A stretch of DNA of 63,379 nt from a virus (IMGVR_UViG_3300036770_002271:1-63379); one strand, 5' to 3'; shown: positions 53,501 to 59,637, counted from the first letter of the stretch. Notes: a model not told the origin generated them from the sequence alone. Made by a program: numbers and translations.

Positions 53501-54671
53501 AGCAATATTAGAACCAACTTACTATACATTACCTTATATAGGAGCAGGTGCTAATACCACAGGAACTGTGTTTACGGGTATCAATACTGGTCCTTATCCA
53601 GCAACAAGCATTGTAGCAGGGTATGTTTACACAATCATAAGTGTTGGTTCAACAGACTTTACGTTAATTGGTGCTAGTTCAAACACAGTAGGAACTACAT
53701 TTATAGCAACGGGAGTAGGTCTTGGCACAGGCACAGCAAGACAGGGTATAGGAACTATAATTGCTAGAAGCTTTACAGTGAGTGAGACAAGATTTGGTGA
53801 TGAACTAGTTTTAACAAATAGTGGGCCTGACACTATTCTAGTAAGTCAATTTGACCAAACTAATGTTGATAGACTCTGGGTTACATTAAATGGTTATCGT
53901 GTACCATCAAGTCAACTAGTTTTGTATCCTGGAAATAATTTAGGTATTCTAGTTCCAATTCTTACAACTGATGATGTAACAATTACAACAATGATGCCTA
54001 CCCCAACTCCAAATCAAGAAGTATACCTACAAAATGTAAACAAAAATGGTGTTGGAACAGTATTTAGAGAAAATACAAGAAATAGAACATGGTTAGCAAA
54101 TCAGTTACTATACACTGATAGTGAAATTGTTGTAAATAATGCTGAGTATATTACTGATGTTATTACTCAAACTTCAACAGTTCCTGCTTTAGGCTTAGAT
54201 GGACTATACACAATTGGATTAACTGCTGATAAAAATACCATTCTTTCAATCACTGTTTATAATAATACCACATCAGCGACAATTAATTCAAGTAATTATG
54301 TATTAAGTTTCGTTGGTAATCAACCAGTTATTGAAATAAACCCAGGAGCCTATATCAATGTAGGTAATAGTTTAACAATAACAGTAATAGTAGGAGGATT
54401 AATTTATATTAATGGTGAGCAGATACGCTTCACAGATGTTGATTTTGCTACTAACACATTGAGTGGCTTGACAAGAGGTGTCAATGGAACAGGGGTTCAA
54501 TTAAATATACCACAATATTCTGTTGTTTATAGCTTGATTTACACAAATCAATTAAGTCAAATAAATTACAACCAAACTTGGAATAGTAATCAATACAATA
54601 GCACATTGGGCGACCCACTACAGATTAGTAACACAGAAGCTTCAATATTCTTAAAAACGGATATAAATTAA
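35529..54671 (+). CDS. Giant (6380 aa) baseplate wedge/adsorption protein in the gp7 position
   Basis: Directly follows gp6; DKLINFNQYYW N-terminus; FG-GAP-like repeats (~42330-44400), Asp-box S.DG.TW repeats (~50150-51290) and many small beta modules. Confidence 0.75.
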   Translation: MRIRTLNFLPEVFHTPTNAQFLNATLDQLVNPPVTQKIQGYIGSKLGYGINAKDYYVTEPTKVRTDYQLDPGVVFTKKNESTAYDFLSYPGIIDSLKLQGGITNNNSDLFTSEIYSWDSFTNLDKLINFNQYYWLPFGPPAVTVASDIVYSETDYVVTSEPNNYNIRIESASTGSDNPTITLLRGGTYTFTVDQASQFFIQGQPGVTGYSITQPNLSTRDILGVTNNGANVGTVTFNVPLSTAQNQYILPGSNTVDVISTVPYANVNGGTLSSIGGSIDGVTSLNGLTVMFYNTGVTDPLETTNFYTITTSGSPSNPTLTLTPSTAIPSNQKITASFGTVYNDRNFYKSTGGTIELIPYISANLDTLYYQDGSVANRVGVIRIIDSNLLNIINVNEDILGQTNYTSPNGVIFTNGLKVDFVGDIIPSSYANGTYYVEGVGTGIQLIPTDLLVNPEPFTTSAFIPYDTTPYDIGNYDTDLFILSNQDYITIARNSLSYNPWSRSNRWFHIEVINATAEYNNDPNIVTDYATYNNKAKRPIIEFYPNLKLYECGSVAKNPTDFIDLRTTDAFSLVAGHENYYPDVNVYTAYDCTINGVVNGTSTTINIPSSGVVGTFVIGQYIADLYEAGPSTSPPQIPDTAQITAISGLGTSTITLTINWTGNTTITTVNNASIIATEETVNNYALFEGCRVIFNNDTDNISNKIYVVTFAELTPGGTPVISLTEAPDGQVENNNQVVILRGANNIGKSYYYDIDIWKLGQQKTNVNQAPYFDVFDSNGISFGNTDIYIGSSFAGSKLFAYGIGSGPNDILLGFPIQYSSIDNPGDISFDVVINSQTFDYVTGSTPITQNINTGYVYNYSSLIDYTRMLGWQTCVSPSVQYQVFEFNYFADNPTNIFTCDVPALTTTETNWPVVKVFINNVFQEPTNYTYNISGNNTIVNLTVDGLIDTVVQVLVLSNEVSENSYFTVPLNLSNNPFNTNITTANIGDIRSQYSTIFMNNPNMTGVMFGSNNYRDLGNLVPYGNAIIQNSSPLTSVGSFLRLQNHNIFDSLQFNSREYVKFKTLLIDTVNQIVNEQNYTASTYLDDALDIITSTKNQEQPFFWSDMLPSKAPYLSRSYTFNNDLETSIFPLSRVYDFSKANYNGVLVYVSRIVSGTVIQLQLIKGTDYVISTDSPSLTVSFDLLAGDIVTINEYNQTYGSYVPNTPTKLGLYPSFIPTVILDSTYTQPTYFIIGHDGSYTKTYGNYNTTLGVLEDFRDQALLEFERRIYNNLKLSQTIPVSEYEVVPGYFRTTDLTWAEFLEIYSKNFLDWVGQNRLDYKSQYYDNNNQFTYNYSDSGIRLDNKPILQGYWRGVYEYFYDTSQPNTSPWEMLGYTSQPSWWTSVYGPSPYTSDNLVLWGDLANGYDYNNGNPVIREEFIRPGLLNVLPVDSNGNLVSPLSSIVGNYTSNTFQREWKVGDDSPVELSYRRSSTWPYDLMRILALTKPAKFFNLGIDLDNYLYNTEFNQYLVNNRSHLVLDDVEIYGSGVAKTSYINWIVDYEKQLGVNATTNITDLLFNLDVRLVYRVAGYSDKTLLKFYVEKGSPNSTNASLLIPDESYSVLLYENQPFDRIIYTSIIIQRVTNGYAVYGNSQNRAYFSTLSPKYDGFYDNITVEGLSAKITKNFTTPEQVVPYGYIFNTVQETSQFIANYGSWLIEKGMIFDQIENGVEINWRQMIGEFLYWAQTGWDVGSIVTLSPAATQIKIDRDSYIVQPLTLQQSNFILNQSLYPIQNIDLSIVRDQTLFNVQPLNEGDSLSYGQFNISNFEHGIVFDNTTVFDDRIYNLVTGLRQNRILVKGVKTAEWNGTVTASGFILNQDNITEWRTAIAYTKGQIVKYKNKYWVALKKIEPSSVFNELDWKETDYNEIQKGLLPNSSTRSYESSIYYNINEANLEQDADLLGFSLIGYRPRDYLALVDLTDTAQINVYRNFIRNKGTRNSLDAFKGARLPQGGIDYDIYENWAIKLHSFGGTLNDNFAEFRLRQNLLTGNPSIVSLTNGIPTIGSQQEVPLYSLFNYGSLITNPNILPTTDNYTPQIYPSAGYVNFNDVKMSSYFYNGLPTAVNEAGVIVPIEDFYVRDYVWLANFLGTWQVYTWQPLGQIILARGNNDGTTTIRFSSPQNIPLLTPIAIVNFSSLVDGYYIVTRLVNNSEVIINLTLDINLGQVTGYGVVSKFASQRVTQPSDIINLPLLNAEFIKNTVWVDEDTDGNWSVYRKGINYTFDNEKTKTNSDNFGSSVAFTTTSGYLIGDSGLGELYRYTYNIIQDDYELSETITESVSFGTAITYTDNFYFVSEPTSGSPKVYVYVINDSTESTDLIQLQTLTALGGSTNYGASLSISNDRKWLYVGAPDINRVYVYRQQYIPLSAGYFVNGEVYTITEVGTTDFTLIGALENKIGITFVATGIGSGNGTATQISYEYSTYLDGSILGDNYGITVSTDYYGDTLVVGAPSYDQSISATNWGRAYMYHRTVQNIEVQSNSYGGLPQLFSLGWTPAKTTVSVTNTTATTNLVTISNTAGLSVNDPIIFTGTGYGSSLLETEKVYYISSINSGAPGTITLKTSRTTNTNVTLNTETIGSGTAYIQTTPLYVTVNGRLVQDNNYAVISTNTFVYTGDVLAGDIINVSDNIFTLLQTFESESTPRPGVQFGISVGVTRTSNEIIVGAPFEISSQNSEGVVYRYTNGGGRYGVIIGTDECYITVPRKMFINGFLVILPVGDVNTTVNAINSTQVPNVQASATTDGKLIISVVDQNLSVPNEKLLVSVIDIVTLDELGFEIYTKTQTVLCPHLIGASQFGSVVKFNEFDSFVVSAPVGTRYSFTTFDFTDDENFENDTVFDNNATQFVDMLPNAGAVYMFDYLPSYNESLSNVGNFVYAQSCNDTNQNVGSLPRYGLSLDFNEYKVMVGSPYYQPNITNGQVVIYQNNVGIKDWSIYRRSSSVVDINKMQNLQIFSAETNDTLINLDYFDPLQGKLLGAVRENLDYVSNADPANYNSLDNTQSGLVWGANKVGLLWYNTSNTRFVNYHQNDVVYNSKYWGSVFPGSNVTVYSWVASNVIPSEYEGPGTPFDITKYTTQEVLNASNLLSPVYYFWVRNTNVIFRKTNKTLADSVIEQYINSPINSGISYLSPLLPNTFGLYNCQSYFDANDSVLHIGYSTGTSSDVPHNEYTLIRANYADDFLPGVPTFGSTERPTSLYDRLLDSLCGVDEEGGVVPNPFLPLAVQSGILVRPRQSFFYDRFLALKNYLQYANTICKQFPILEIRTPSYLYTSGLYFDTQDYWTKITWWAPGYDDNTKPALQVNFYADLSTLNVNTGTVVAVGQNNGSQEYYVYGTDRLWTRIGLQNGTIEFNSTLWDYAEAKLGFGDNFFDTSLYDEYPSEETRYIVRALNEQIYIDDLLVFRNKSLILLFEYIQSETTESQNYLPWLNKTSLVDVSHKIRELLPFEVYQTDNQDFLAGYLNETKPYHVVIKDFLFTYTGTDVYEGDITDFDLPSSYNSNFATFISPQLVYNSVIGDNQYLPNNSIWTNNLYSQWFNNRGVSLTGETNYQITTLAVYMTLGSTVIVVDNASGFPVNGVITIGTEKIVYSNVDRAANILSNLQRGYNDTDIQYHLPGELIYIDLPPVLLLNSGRDYTEPPKITAYIDTTIYPEPLQLAVLEPVMSLDKVIDVNVINPGQGYAVLPEIRIDPSLVITFSSVDVNLLLNTIRLFAPTLVTGDLVQYKVGTGTSIGGLVNSAWYYINLLEDNPSPIIALYTSYGDAVNNRDRVVFSNAGTGSDHTLNLGARASAISTSYPIREIDLTLRYDRTTYTTQVIDWRPGEYYGAFYAGRYSNSENIASSSITLQSVLPPINTILASAQGVAFEIVEVTNDRTIDYSNFVRNVLETVDVGSGVAEDRYLVRLTYDYNDPNAPGSTIGFTVGMPVKFIGLAIGGLVADTTYYVKKVINNSDFSISSTQFGSALTLTNANVTPAGLECFTAQIIDQGIITVNYPSIVEVTETFANTNKLLAPISAIGTGGTSGLYTNISITFTGNVFGNIVENEIYYVTSVADSETFTISRTLDPITTTLTNTNTSNIITVDSTTDFNLNDPIIFNQMVITVGNFVIGQKYTILTLGNTDYTVLGAKENLRSLEFIATSTGLVTAGSFVPGKQYVIQSLGTVLFNAGSFVPGNAYEIVSVGTTDFTLIGAANNSVGTIFTATGVGSGSGTANYITDFTLIGSSENVVGATFIATGFGTGPGTATQGSGTVAVTSFGNINQGTVYYVQNILNSTQLKISTVVNGSELTLSNQTGTATLINQKDVVQLTNATGSMNMNVSLPVSPGQVNGQLFTLYQTSGQYPSISSGTVSNLISRTINATLATVDKIALRTPSRILSATSNFYYNMPLVVDSNIGNLTTGIIYYVIEYTGRYDSNTDTTTPGLQVTVTTVSGSVLTCDDTNNLYVGMPIIFSGNGIGSVVIDLEYYVHSIINGTQFRLSNTNGGTIVTFVSGVGSMIGTGDDFIQVSTSIISPTVVTLSDADGPSTIEQTTTTITPASFDVSYTLGGYQVVISDQGSGYAVNNTVTIPGNLIGGVTTTNDLTIEVNSIGTMGEITSVIKLGTPAGNVNQYYLKVISINQFELYSNKQLTIPVSGLTLPYEGFTSSTVTGATSSVLTIDTTGFNEYDSVVFTGSVPNVITEGYTYYLYNVTPTTTQITTIPNDISSIVGSITFTSDFTMAKAGSFALLPEPFSFNRSIVRYNNKVWECIVSNNDDDFVFGKWVELNSGDRKLNALDRAFGYYQPTDNMPGRDLTQAFTGLIYPNTTYLGNAFAPEDQYNIDTFLQDQPFYPTDIDNVAITNNGTIYLGAANTNEYSGLITSTNTTSWEANGLTSLPIGFTDIIYAGGYYIVTTTNTATPIFYSSNGTVWTSSGAFTPYSSTPYDVTPWDVSALSVPADSLNSVGYKSNTWVAVGSSIVTATNVSVWNTTFTFTTYTNTLYGVNGVTTTGFNGFIAVGAGQEATGSGVINCNVIVTSLDGLTWTRLGYVSLKGFYGVSSNGTVAVAVGEDGVIYNSQNGSDWYGINESTILSVNSVSDTLIVDSTIGVNVNDVIRFNNSFSSITTGTSYYIVAIPTSNQIQISTSLGGPVLTLTAGTPSDNTYYFTYPTTDTLYDISYAGGVFVTVGDNGLIRTSSDGITWTTRTSGTTRDLRGITYNSGIWIVVGLNNTILKSTDNGITWTDVSSFITEDPAYTVKGDSFLSGYGPEELVPGVVSDNLTMIVNTRPGTNWSATEYQNVGYNVVSIEFTPTPSNQVTYSFDEIVQVPAQVALFEIVSASGLSTSLYETLDYTVNWINNTITLNSSLPVGNKLRLDVYEVGNGDQLVKSNTKIDPLLTNSVTGFNEIVLNCNYSENIYLGSGVLRTGSSAIEETATQTDSVDNTIVVGDASKFTLNSPIYFQGTVFGGIVANNTYYVKTISIVTNRITVSSTFNLISGLAGPTLTVTDATGSMTVIIRTGTGSVWTEPYVAHNGTKLILGKTGTVNATIAATDTVVVNSTGGMVAGTQIVFSSTMFGGVLTPLTPYNILVIVDGNEFQIEDPSSPGNPLALTDSSGGASFVSGDYSIALASNGVSAKLIFADAYNVSTDYLVYSVFGETEPEQYGYTIPETQVFTATAGQTVFNLDNFVGYNNITDAIVEVDGLRVSDTLYTIDFVLETLTFGSGLTLGQIVAVTTYNDTFRQYLNTQFDITNNSVVNVTNAVLTVVSPTPYSAYVTVTVSALPQVNGVAITTGDVVRFAECVGADQLNGQAFYIDNIVGNTFRIYTGISGGTPVDPVSLLATYISGGVCWIDRTFTLTTTVGTRTFSANNRILVNNTDNLVAGTPVYFTQTGSTSGDILPGGLIDSQEYFVLEVAPIVTMDEIVTNEVYTIEAQGILTDAVELETGRIYQIVTIGTTDFTLVGAASNTIGIYFTATGAGTGTGTAILEPTYYTLPYIGAGANTTGTVFTGINTGPYPATSIVAGYVYTIISVGSTDFTLIGASSNTVGTTFIATGVGLGTGTARQGIGTIIARSFTVSETRFGDELVLTNSGPDTILVSQFDQTNVDRLWVTLNGYRVPSSQLVLYPGNNLGILVPILTTDDVTITTMMPTPTPNQEVYLQNVNKNGVGTVFRENTRNRTWLANQLLYTDSEIVVNNAEYITDVITQTSTVPALGLDGLYTIGLTADKNTILSITVYNNTTSATINSSNYVLSFVGNQPVIEINPGAYINVGNSLTITVIVGGLIYINGEQIRFTDVDFATNTLSGLTRGVNGTGVQLNIPQYSVVYSLIYTNQLSQINYNQTWNSNQYNSTLGDPLQISNTEASIFLKTDIN

Positions 54672-54686
54672 GAGATAAATATAACT

Positions 54687-54863
54687 ATGACTAACTTTAC
54701 CTTAACACAATTAATGCATAATAGAGTTGCACAAAAGAAAGAACACGAGCAACAGGAACAGAAAAAGCCTAATGAAAATTCGGGGATTTTACTTTCTAGC
54801 CATGTTAAAATTTATGATCCAAATACGAGTGAGGTATTAGTTCAGAAAAGGGCGGATGAGTAA
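54687..54863 (+). CDS. 58-aa small protein (not in the ORF track)
   Basis: MTNFTLTQ...KPNENSGILLSSHVKIYDPNTSEVLVQKRADE; GATAAATA at 54674-54681; its TAA overlaps the next ATG (TAATG). Confidence 0.75.
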   Translation: MTNFTLTQLMHNRVAQKKEHEQQEQKKPNENSGILLSSHVKIYDPNTSEVLVQKRADE

Positions 54864-55483
54864 TGTCAATAATCAATTTATCCTATAAAGTTGAAGGGTT
54901 TTTAAAGATTTATGACCCAAATAGCATGGAAGTTTTTGTAGATAAGAAGAATGCTATCAACTATGAAAACATGAGCAATGCTATGGCTGACACATTAAGC
55001 AGTCGTGGATATGGAGAAATATATCAAATGGCTTTTGGAAATGGTGGAGCCAGTGTTAATGAGACTGGAATTATTACATATTTGCCACCAAATACCACAG
55101 GTCAGAATGCTAGTTTGTATAATGAAACCTATGCTAAGATAGTTGATGATACCAGTGTGTTTAATTTAGATCCAACACGTAACAAAATGACAGTTTTTCA
55201 CACTGCTGGAAAAGTTTATAGTGATATTCTTGTACAATGTTTGTTAGATTATGGGGAACCAGCTGGACAAGATACATTTGATAATAGTACACAAACAGAT
55301 AGCAGTTATATTTTTGATGAATTAGGATTATTAGCTAATTATGGCACAGACGCTAATGGTGAAGTCATTACTAGACTATTAACGCATGTAATTTTTCATC
55401 CAGTACAAAAATCATTAAACAGACAAATTCAAATTGATTATACAATACGAATTCAAAGTCTAACAAACTTAGTAACTATATAA
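54863..55483 (+). CDS. Baseplate/fibre-attachment structural protein (putative)
   Basis: 206 aa with MAFGNGG, FDELGL and HVIFHPVQKS motifs; within the structural operon. Confidence 0.55.
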   Translation: MSIINLSYKVEGFLKIYDPNSMEVFVDKKNAINYENMSNAMADTLSSRGYGEIYQMAFGNGGASVNETGIITYLPPNTTGQNASLYNETYAKIVDDTSVFNLDPTRNKMTVFHTAGKVYSDILVQCLLDYGEPAGQDTFDNSTQTDSSYIFDELGLLANYGTDANGEVITRLLTHVIFHPVQKSLNRQIQIDYTIRIQSLTNLVTI

Positions 55484-55511
55484 GATAAATAATATACGGA
55501 GAGTGTAAAAA

Positions 55512-56723
55512 ATGGCATATACGATTGTAAAAAGTGATGGGACAGTTCTAACAACCATTGCTGACGGTACTATCAACACAACTAGTACCCCGTTAGGGCT
55601 ACCAGGTAGAAATTATGCGGGATATGGACAAGCACTCGATACCAATTTTGTTCATCAGCTTGAAAACTTTGCCGATACGACTCCTCCTCCAAATCCATTA
55701 CGTGGGCAATTATGGTATGATATTAATAATCAAACATTAAACGTATGTCCTAGTGATGGTGAAACAAATACAGCAGCTTGGTTTACATTGGCACAATCAG
55801 GTAGCACAGGTACAACAACATTTGGTAATGTTACAGTAGCAGGAAATCTTGTAGCCAATAACATTACAGCAACCAACAACAGTAATGCTAATGCTATAAC
55901 AGTAGCATATCTTACAGTAACAGCAAATAGTTCTATTGCTAATAGTACAATAACTGCAGGAAACATTGTATCACTTACTACATCAAATATTACAACAGGT
56001 GCGGTAAGTAGTCCAGGTAACTTAACTGGTACTTGGACAATGAATGGAAGTGTAAGTGGCAATGGTCTTGTAATGGCAGGCGGTAACGTATATATTAATA
56101 ATACTGGTAACATTTATGGTATTAAGACAGACAAATACATGTATGCTAATGGTGATCCAATCAGTTTTGCTGGCACATATAGTAATTCAAACGTAGCAAG
56201 TTATTTAACTGTTTATGGTGGTAATATTTTAGCTAGTAGAGTACAAATGACACAACTTACTACTGGAGCAAATACTACACCAGGAAATATCACAGGTAAT
56301 TGGACATTAACAAGTGGTAGCAGATTACAAGCAACATATGCTGACTTAGCAGAACGATTTGAAGCAGACGATACATACGATCCTGGCACAGTTGTAGAAT
56401 TGGGCGGTATTAAGGAAATTACATCAGTCAAACAAGAGTTGAGTGATGATATCTTTGGTGTAATTAGTAATACTGCTGCTTATTTAATGAACGCAGGAGC
56501 AGGAGATGATAACACACATCCTCCTGTAGCAGTAAGTGGTCGTGTACAAGTTAGAGTAAAAGGTTTAGTTAAAAAGGGTGACAGGCTTGTTAGTGCGGGC
56601 AATGGGATAGCAAGGTCAGCAAAGATTAACGAAGCAACAGCATTTAATACAATAGGTAGAGCATTAGCTAACAAGACTACTGAAGGAATAGGTACTATTG
56701 AGGCTATAGTTAGCATAAGGTAA
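55512..56723 (+). CDS. Tail fibre/spike with C-terminal intramolecular-chaperone (Peptidase G2-like) domain
   Basis: Fibre-type N-terminus (GRNYAGYG...LENFA..P....GQLWYD), Thr/Asn-rich shaft and YADLAERFE...PGTVV...VAVSGRV.V C-terminus; GATAAATA at 55484-55491 and GGAG RBS. Confidence 0.75.
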   Translation: MAYTIVKSDGTVLTTIADGTINTTSTPLGLPGRNYAGYGQALDTNFVHQLENFADTTPPPNPLRGQLWYDINNQTLNVCPSDGETNTAAWFTLAQSGSTGTTTFGNVTVAGNLVANNITATNNSNANAITVAYLTVTANSSIANSTITAGNIVSLTTSNITTGAVSSPGNLTGTWTMNGSVSGNGLVMAGGNVYINNTGNIYGIKTDKYMYANGDPISFAGTYSNSNVASYLTVYGGNILASRVQMTQLTTGANTTPGNITGNWTLTSGSRLQATYADLAERFEADDTYDPGTVVELGGIKEITSVKQELSDDIFGVISNTAAYLMNAGAGDDNTHPPVAVSGRVQVRVKGLVKKGDRLVSAGNGIARSAKINEATAFNTIGRALANKTTEGIGTIEAIVSIR

Positions 56724-56732
56724 GGATAAAAA

Positions 56733-57683
56733 ATGACATATGCACAATATGGCTTAGTAGAAGCAAGTGATTATAACAACTTAATTGGTACCAGTCCTGG
56801 TACTACAGCAAATAGACTTAATACCGTTTGGGCAACAGGTGGAGGTAGTGCAGGTTATGGTCAAACAGCTATAGCCAATGTAAGTGTGGGAAATACTGTA
56901 ACTGCTAGTCAATGGAATAGTGTTATAAATAATACAGCTAATAGTGCCAGTCATCAAGGATCAAGCATCACTAGTGTTTCAGCGGTAGTTGCCGGTGGCA
57001 CAATAACTTTCTTAAGTGCTATCCCAACAAACTTAACGACCATTTATACAAATAGATTAAATGCTGCTGCTCAAGGATCAACATCAAGTAACGCAGTAAC
57101 AAGAGGAAGTACATGGACTAATTCTTTAGTTTTCACACATACTATAACATTTTCAAGTGGTGACACAGCACGTTACTTTTTTAATTCAGGTGGACAAATA
57201 GCTATAACAGCAAGTCATCCAGCTGGATCAGGCATTAATACAACATTTAATGGATTAGCAAGTAATATCGGCACAGTTGTATTAAGTGCTCCCACTAGTG
57301 GAACAATTACTGTATCAGGTGTTTCATATAATGGAGTAACAAAAATTGGGGGAGGTGGTAACAGCCCAACTATAAGTCAAAATAATGGATATTATGCCCT
57401 TACAACTAGCAATGCTAATGTATTCACACAAACTGCGAGTAGTGGTTATGTTGGATATCTTGGAAGCTTCATACGTATAATTGTAAAATCAAATGGTACC
57501 CAAGGTTCAAATAGTGACGCAGGAAGTGTAATTAATGTATACACTGTTTGGGATGAAGTTCCAGATGGTCAAATAGTTAGCATAGGAAGTGTTACCACAT
57601 GTACATTAAGACCACCAAGTACAAGTTATATTGCTAATACTTGGGGAGCTATAGGTTTGTCAGGCTCAGTATCAGGTTCTTAA
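56733..57683 (+). CDS. Virion structural protein (fibre-associated, putative)
   Basis: 316 aa, Ser/Thr/Gly-rich; GYGQ, TASQW and RYFFNSGG motifs. Confidence 0.55.
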   Translation: MTYAQYGLVEASDYNNLIGTSPGTTANRLNTVWATGGGSAGYGQTAIANVSVGNTVTASQWNSVINNTANSASHQGSSITSVSAVVAGGTITFLSAIPTNLTTIYTNRLNAAAQGSTSSNAVTRGSTWTNSLVFTHTITFSSGDTARYFFNSGGQIAITASHPAGSGINTTFNGLASNIGTVVLSAPTSGTITVSGVSYNGVTKIGGGGNSPTISQNNGYYALTTSNANVFTQTASSGYVGYLGSFIRIIVKSNGTQGSNSDAGSVINVYTVWDEVPDGQIVSIGSVTTCTLRPPSTSYIANTWGAIGLSGSVSGS

Positions 57684-57709
57684 TAATTTTCATCAACAAT
57701 TTGCTGTAT

Positions 57710-57716
57710 CTAAATA
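57710..57716 (+). promoter_or_regulatory. Late promoter CTAAATA heading the modification-enzyme cluster
   Basis: 15 nt upstream of ATG 57732, with an AGGAG RBS in between. Confidence 0.65.
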
Positions 57717-57731
57717 CTTTTAGGAGTATTT

Positions 57732-58043
57732 ATGGATACAGCAACATTAATTTCAGACGCTAAAGCAAGATTCGCACATAATTCACATAGAAACTATTTA
57801 AGAGAAAAGTATACAAGCAAACTCATTGTTGCTGAACAAGGAGGCTTATGGAAAGTTACGCCTGAACTAATCAGTTTCTTACACACAATGACAAGCAATA
57901 CCGTATCTGATATGATTTTACAGGATAGCTATAATAATCCAATTAAGATTAATGTAAACAAATTACTTAAAACTTGTACAGAAACATATAATCAAACAAT
58001 GGTAGATTGGTACAATGAACTTCATAATACAGAAAAGAAATGA
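57732..58043 (+). CDS. Hypothetical protein (103 aa)
   Basis: AGGAG RBS; overlaps the next gene (ATGA). Confidence 0.7.
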   Translation: MDTATLISDAKARFAHNSHRNYLREKYTSKLIVAEQGGLWKVTPELISFLHTMTSNTVSDMILQDSYNNPIKINVNKLLKTCTETYNQTMVDWYNELHNTEKK

Positions 58044-58843
58044 TACGAGGAGCTTTACTCTTTGCCTACAATAATGATACATGTGACTATTTCAAACAAG
58101 CAGAAATAACAGCATGTCGTATTAATCATTTTCTTAATTTACCAGTTACCGTAATTACTGATGAAAATAGTTTGCCTGAAAATCCAATTAATGTTTTTGA
58201 TAAAATTATTTTAACAGATCCTAACAAATCAAATAAAAAATTTAGAGAAGTTTGGATTAACAAAAATAGATATAGGGCTTTTGAATTAAGTCCATATGAT
58301 GAAACATTATTAATTGATACAGATTACGTTGTAAATTCAAAACAATTAAGTAAGCTTTTTACTTTATACACAGATTTTGCTTGTCACAATTCAACTAATT
58401 TTTTAATGACTGAAAATAAATATTCTGAGTATTTAAGTCAGTTTAGTTATAAAACAGAATGGGCAACTGTTGTTTATTTTAGAAAAACAAAAAAATCCAA
58501 ACAGATTTTTGATTGTATTAAAATGATACAAGACAATTATTTACATTATGCTAATTTACATAATTTTCTTTCAGAACCATTTAGGAACGACTATGCCTTA
58601 ACATTGGCAAGACGTATTGTACAGGGACAAACTGAACTAGAAAGAGAAGTTATCCCATGGTGTCTTACACACATAGGAGATAAAACAAAAGTTTATAAGC
58701 TTAATAATAATTTTTATGATACAGAATTTATTATTGTTTACGACAAATGGATGAATGGTAAGATCAAAAAAGAATATATGACTATTAAAGATTATGACTT
58801 TCATTTAATGGACAAAGAAAATTTCATGGAGTTATGGACTTGA
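58040..58843 (+). CDS. GT-A fold glycosyltransferase-like protein
   Basis: LSPYDETLLIDTDY DxD motif; PV.VITD and RNDYA motifs. Confidence 0.7.
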   Translation: MIRGALLFAYNNDTCDYFKQAEITACRINHFLNLPVTVITDENSLPENPINVFDKIILTDPNKSNKKFREVWINKNRYRAFELSPYDETLLIDTDYVVNSKQLSKLFTLYTDFACHNSTNFLMTENKYSEYLSQFSYKTEWATVVYFRKTKKSKQIFDCIKMIQDNYLHYANLHNFLSEPFRNDYALTLARRIVQGQTELEREVIPWCLTHIGDKTKVYKLNNNFYDTEFIIVYDKWMNGKIKKEYMTIKDYDFHLMDKENFMELWT

Positions 58844-59637
58844 ATAAAGGATATATAATCTATGCTCAAAATTCTACAACTGTAAATTATATAGGTTGTG
58901 CCACAACATTGGCAAAAAGTCTTAAACGAGTTATGCCTTATTGTAATGTAAGTTTACTTACTAATGAAAAGGTTGAAAGTACTATATTTGATCATGTTAT
59001 AAAATTACCATATGGAGATTTGGATCCTTTCAATAATTGGAAATTAGTAAATGATTGGCAAGTTTATGAAGCTAGCCCATATGATTATACAATTAAACTA
59101 GAGGCAGACCTTTACATTCCTTGTGATATTGATTATTATTGGGATGTGCTACAACAGAAAGATTTGGTTTGTTGTACAACAATTAGAGATTTCAAACAAA
59201 ATATTTCAAATATTAAGTCATACAGAAAGTTTATAACTGATAACAAGTTACCAAATACTTATAACGCTATTACTTATTTTAAAAAATCAAATTTAGCAGA
59301 TGAGTTTTTTAAAATTGTAAGAAACATTTTTGAAGATTGGGATAGTTATAAAAATATTTTAGTTTGTAATAATGATGAATTAGTAACCACTGATTGGGCT
59401 TATGCTATAGCATCGCATATATTAGGACAAGAACATACTACAATGCCTGATTTTACACCTTATAGTATGATACATATGAAAAAATTTATTAATAATTTGT
59501 ATACTGAAAATTGGACAAAAAATTTAGTATATGAAATCTTGCCACATGCGTTTAAAGTAAATACATATCCTCAACGATATCCTTTTCATTATTTGATAAA
59601 AGATTTTTGTTATGAGATAGATAAGGCAGTGCTATGA
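58834..59637 (+). CDS. Paralogous GT-A-like protein
   Basis: ASPYDYTIKLEADL (ExD variant); aligns by eye with the preceding gene (Y.A..YF.K, TDWAYAIA). Confidence 0.65.
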   Translation: MDLNKGYIIYAQNSTTVNYIGCATTLAKSLKRVMPYCNVSLLTNEKVESTIFDHVIKLPYGDLDPFNNWKLVNDWQVYEASPYDYTIKLEADLYIPCDIDYYWDVLQQKDLVCCTTIRDFKQNISNIKSYRKFITDNKLPNTYNAITYFKKSNLADEFFKIVRNIFEDWDSYKNILVCNNDELVTTDWAYAIASHILGQEHTTMPDFTPYSMIHMKKFINNLYTENWTKNLVYEILPHAFKVNTYPQRYPFHYLIKDFCYEIDKAVL

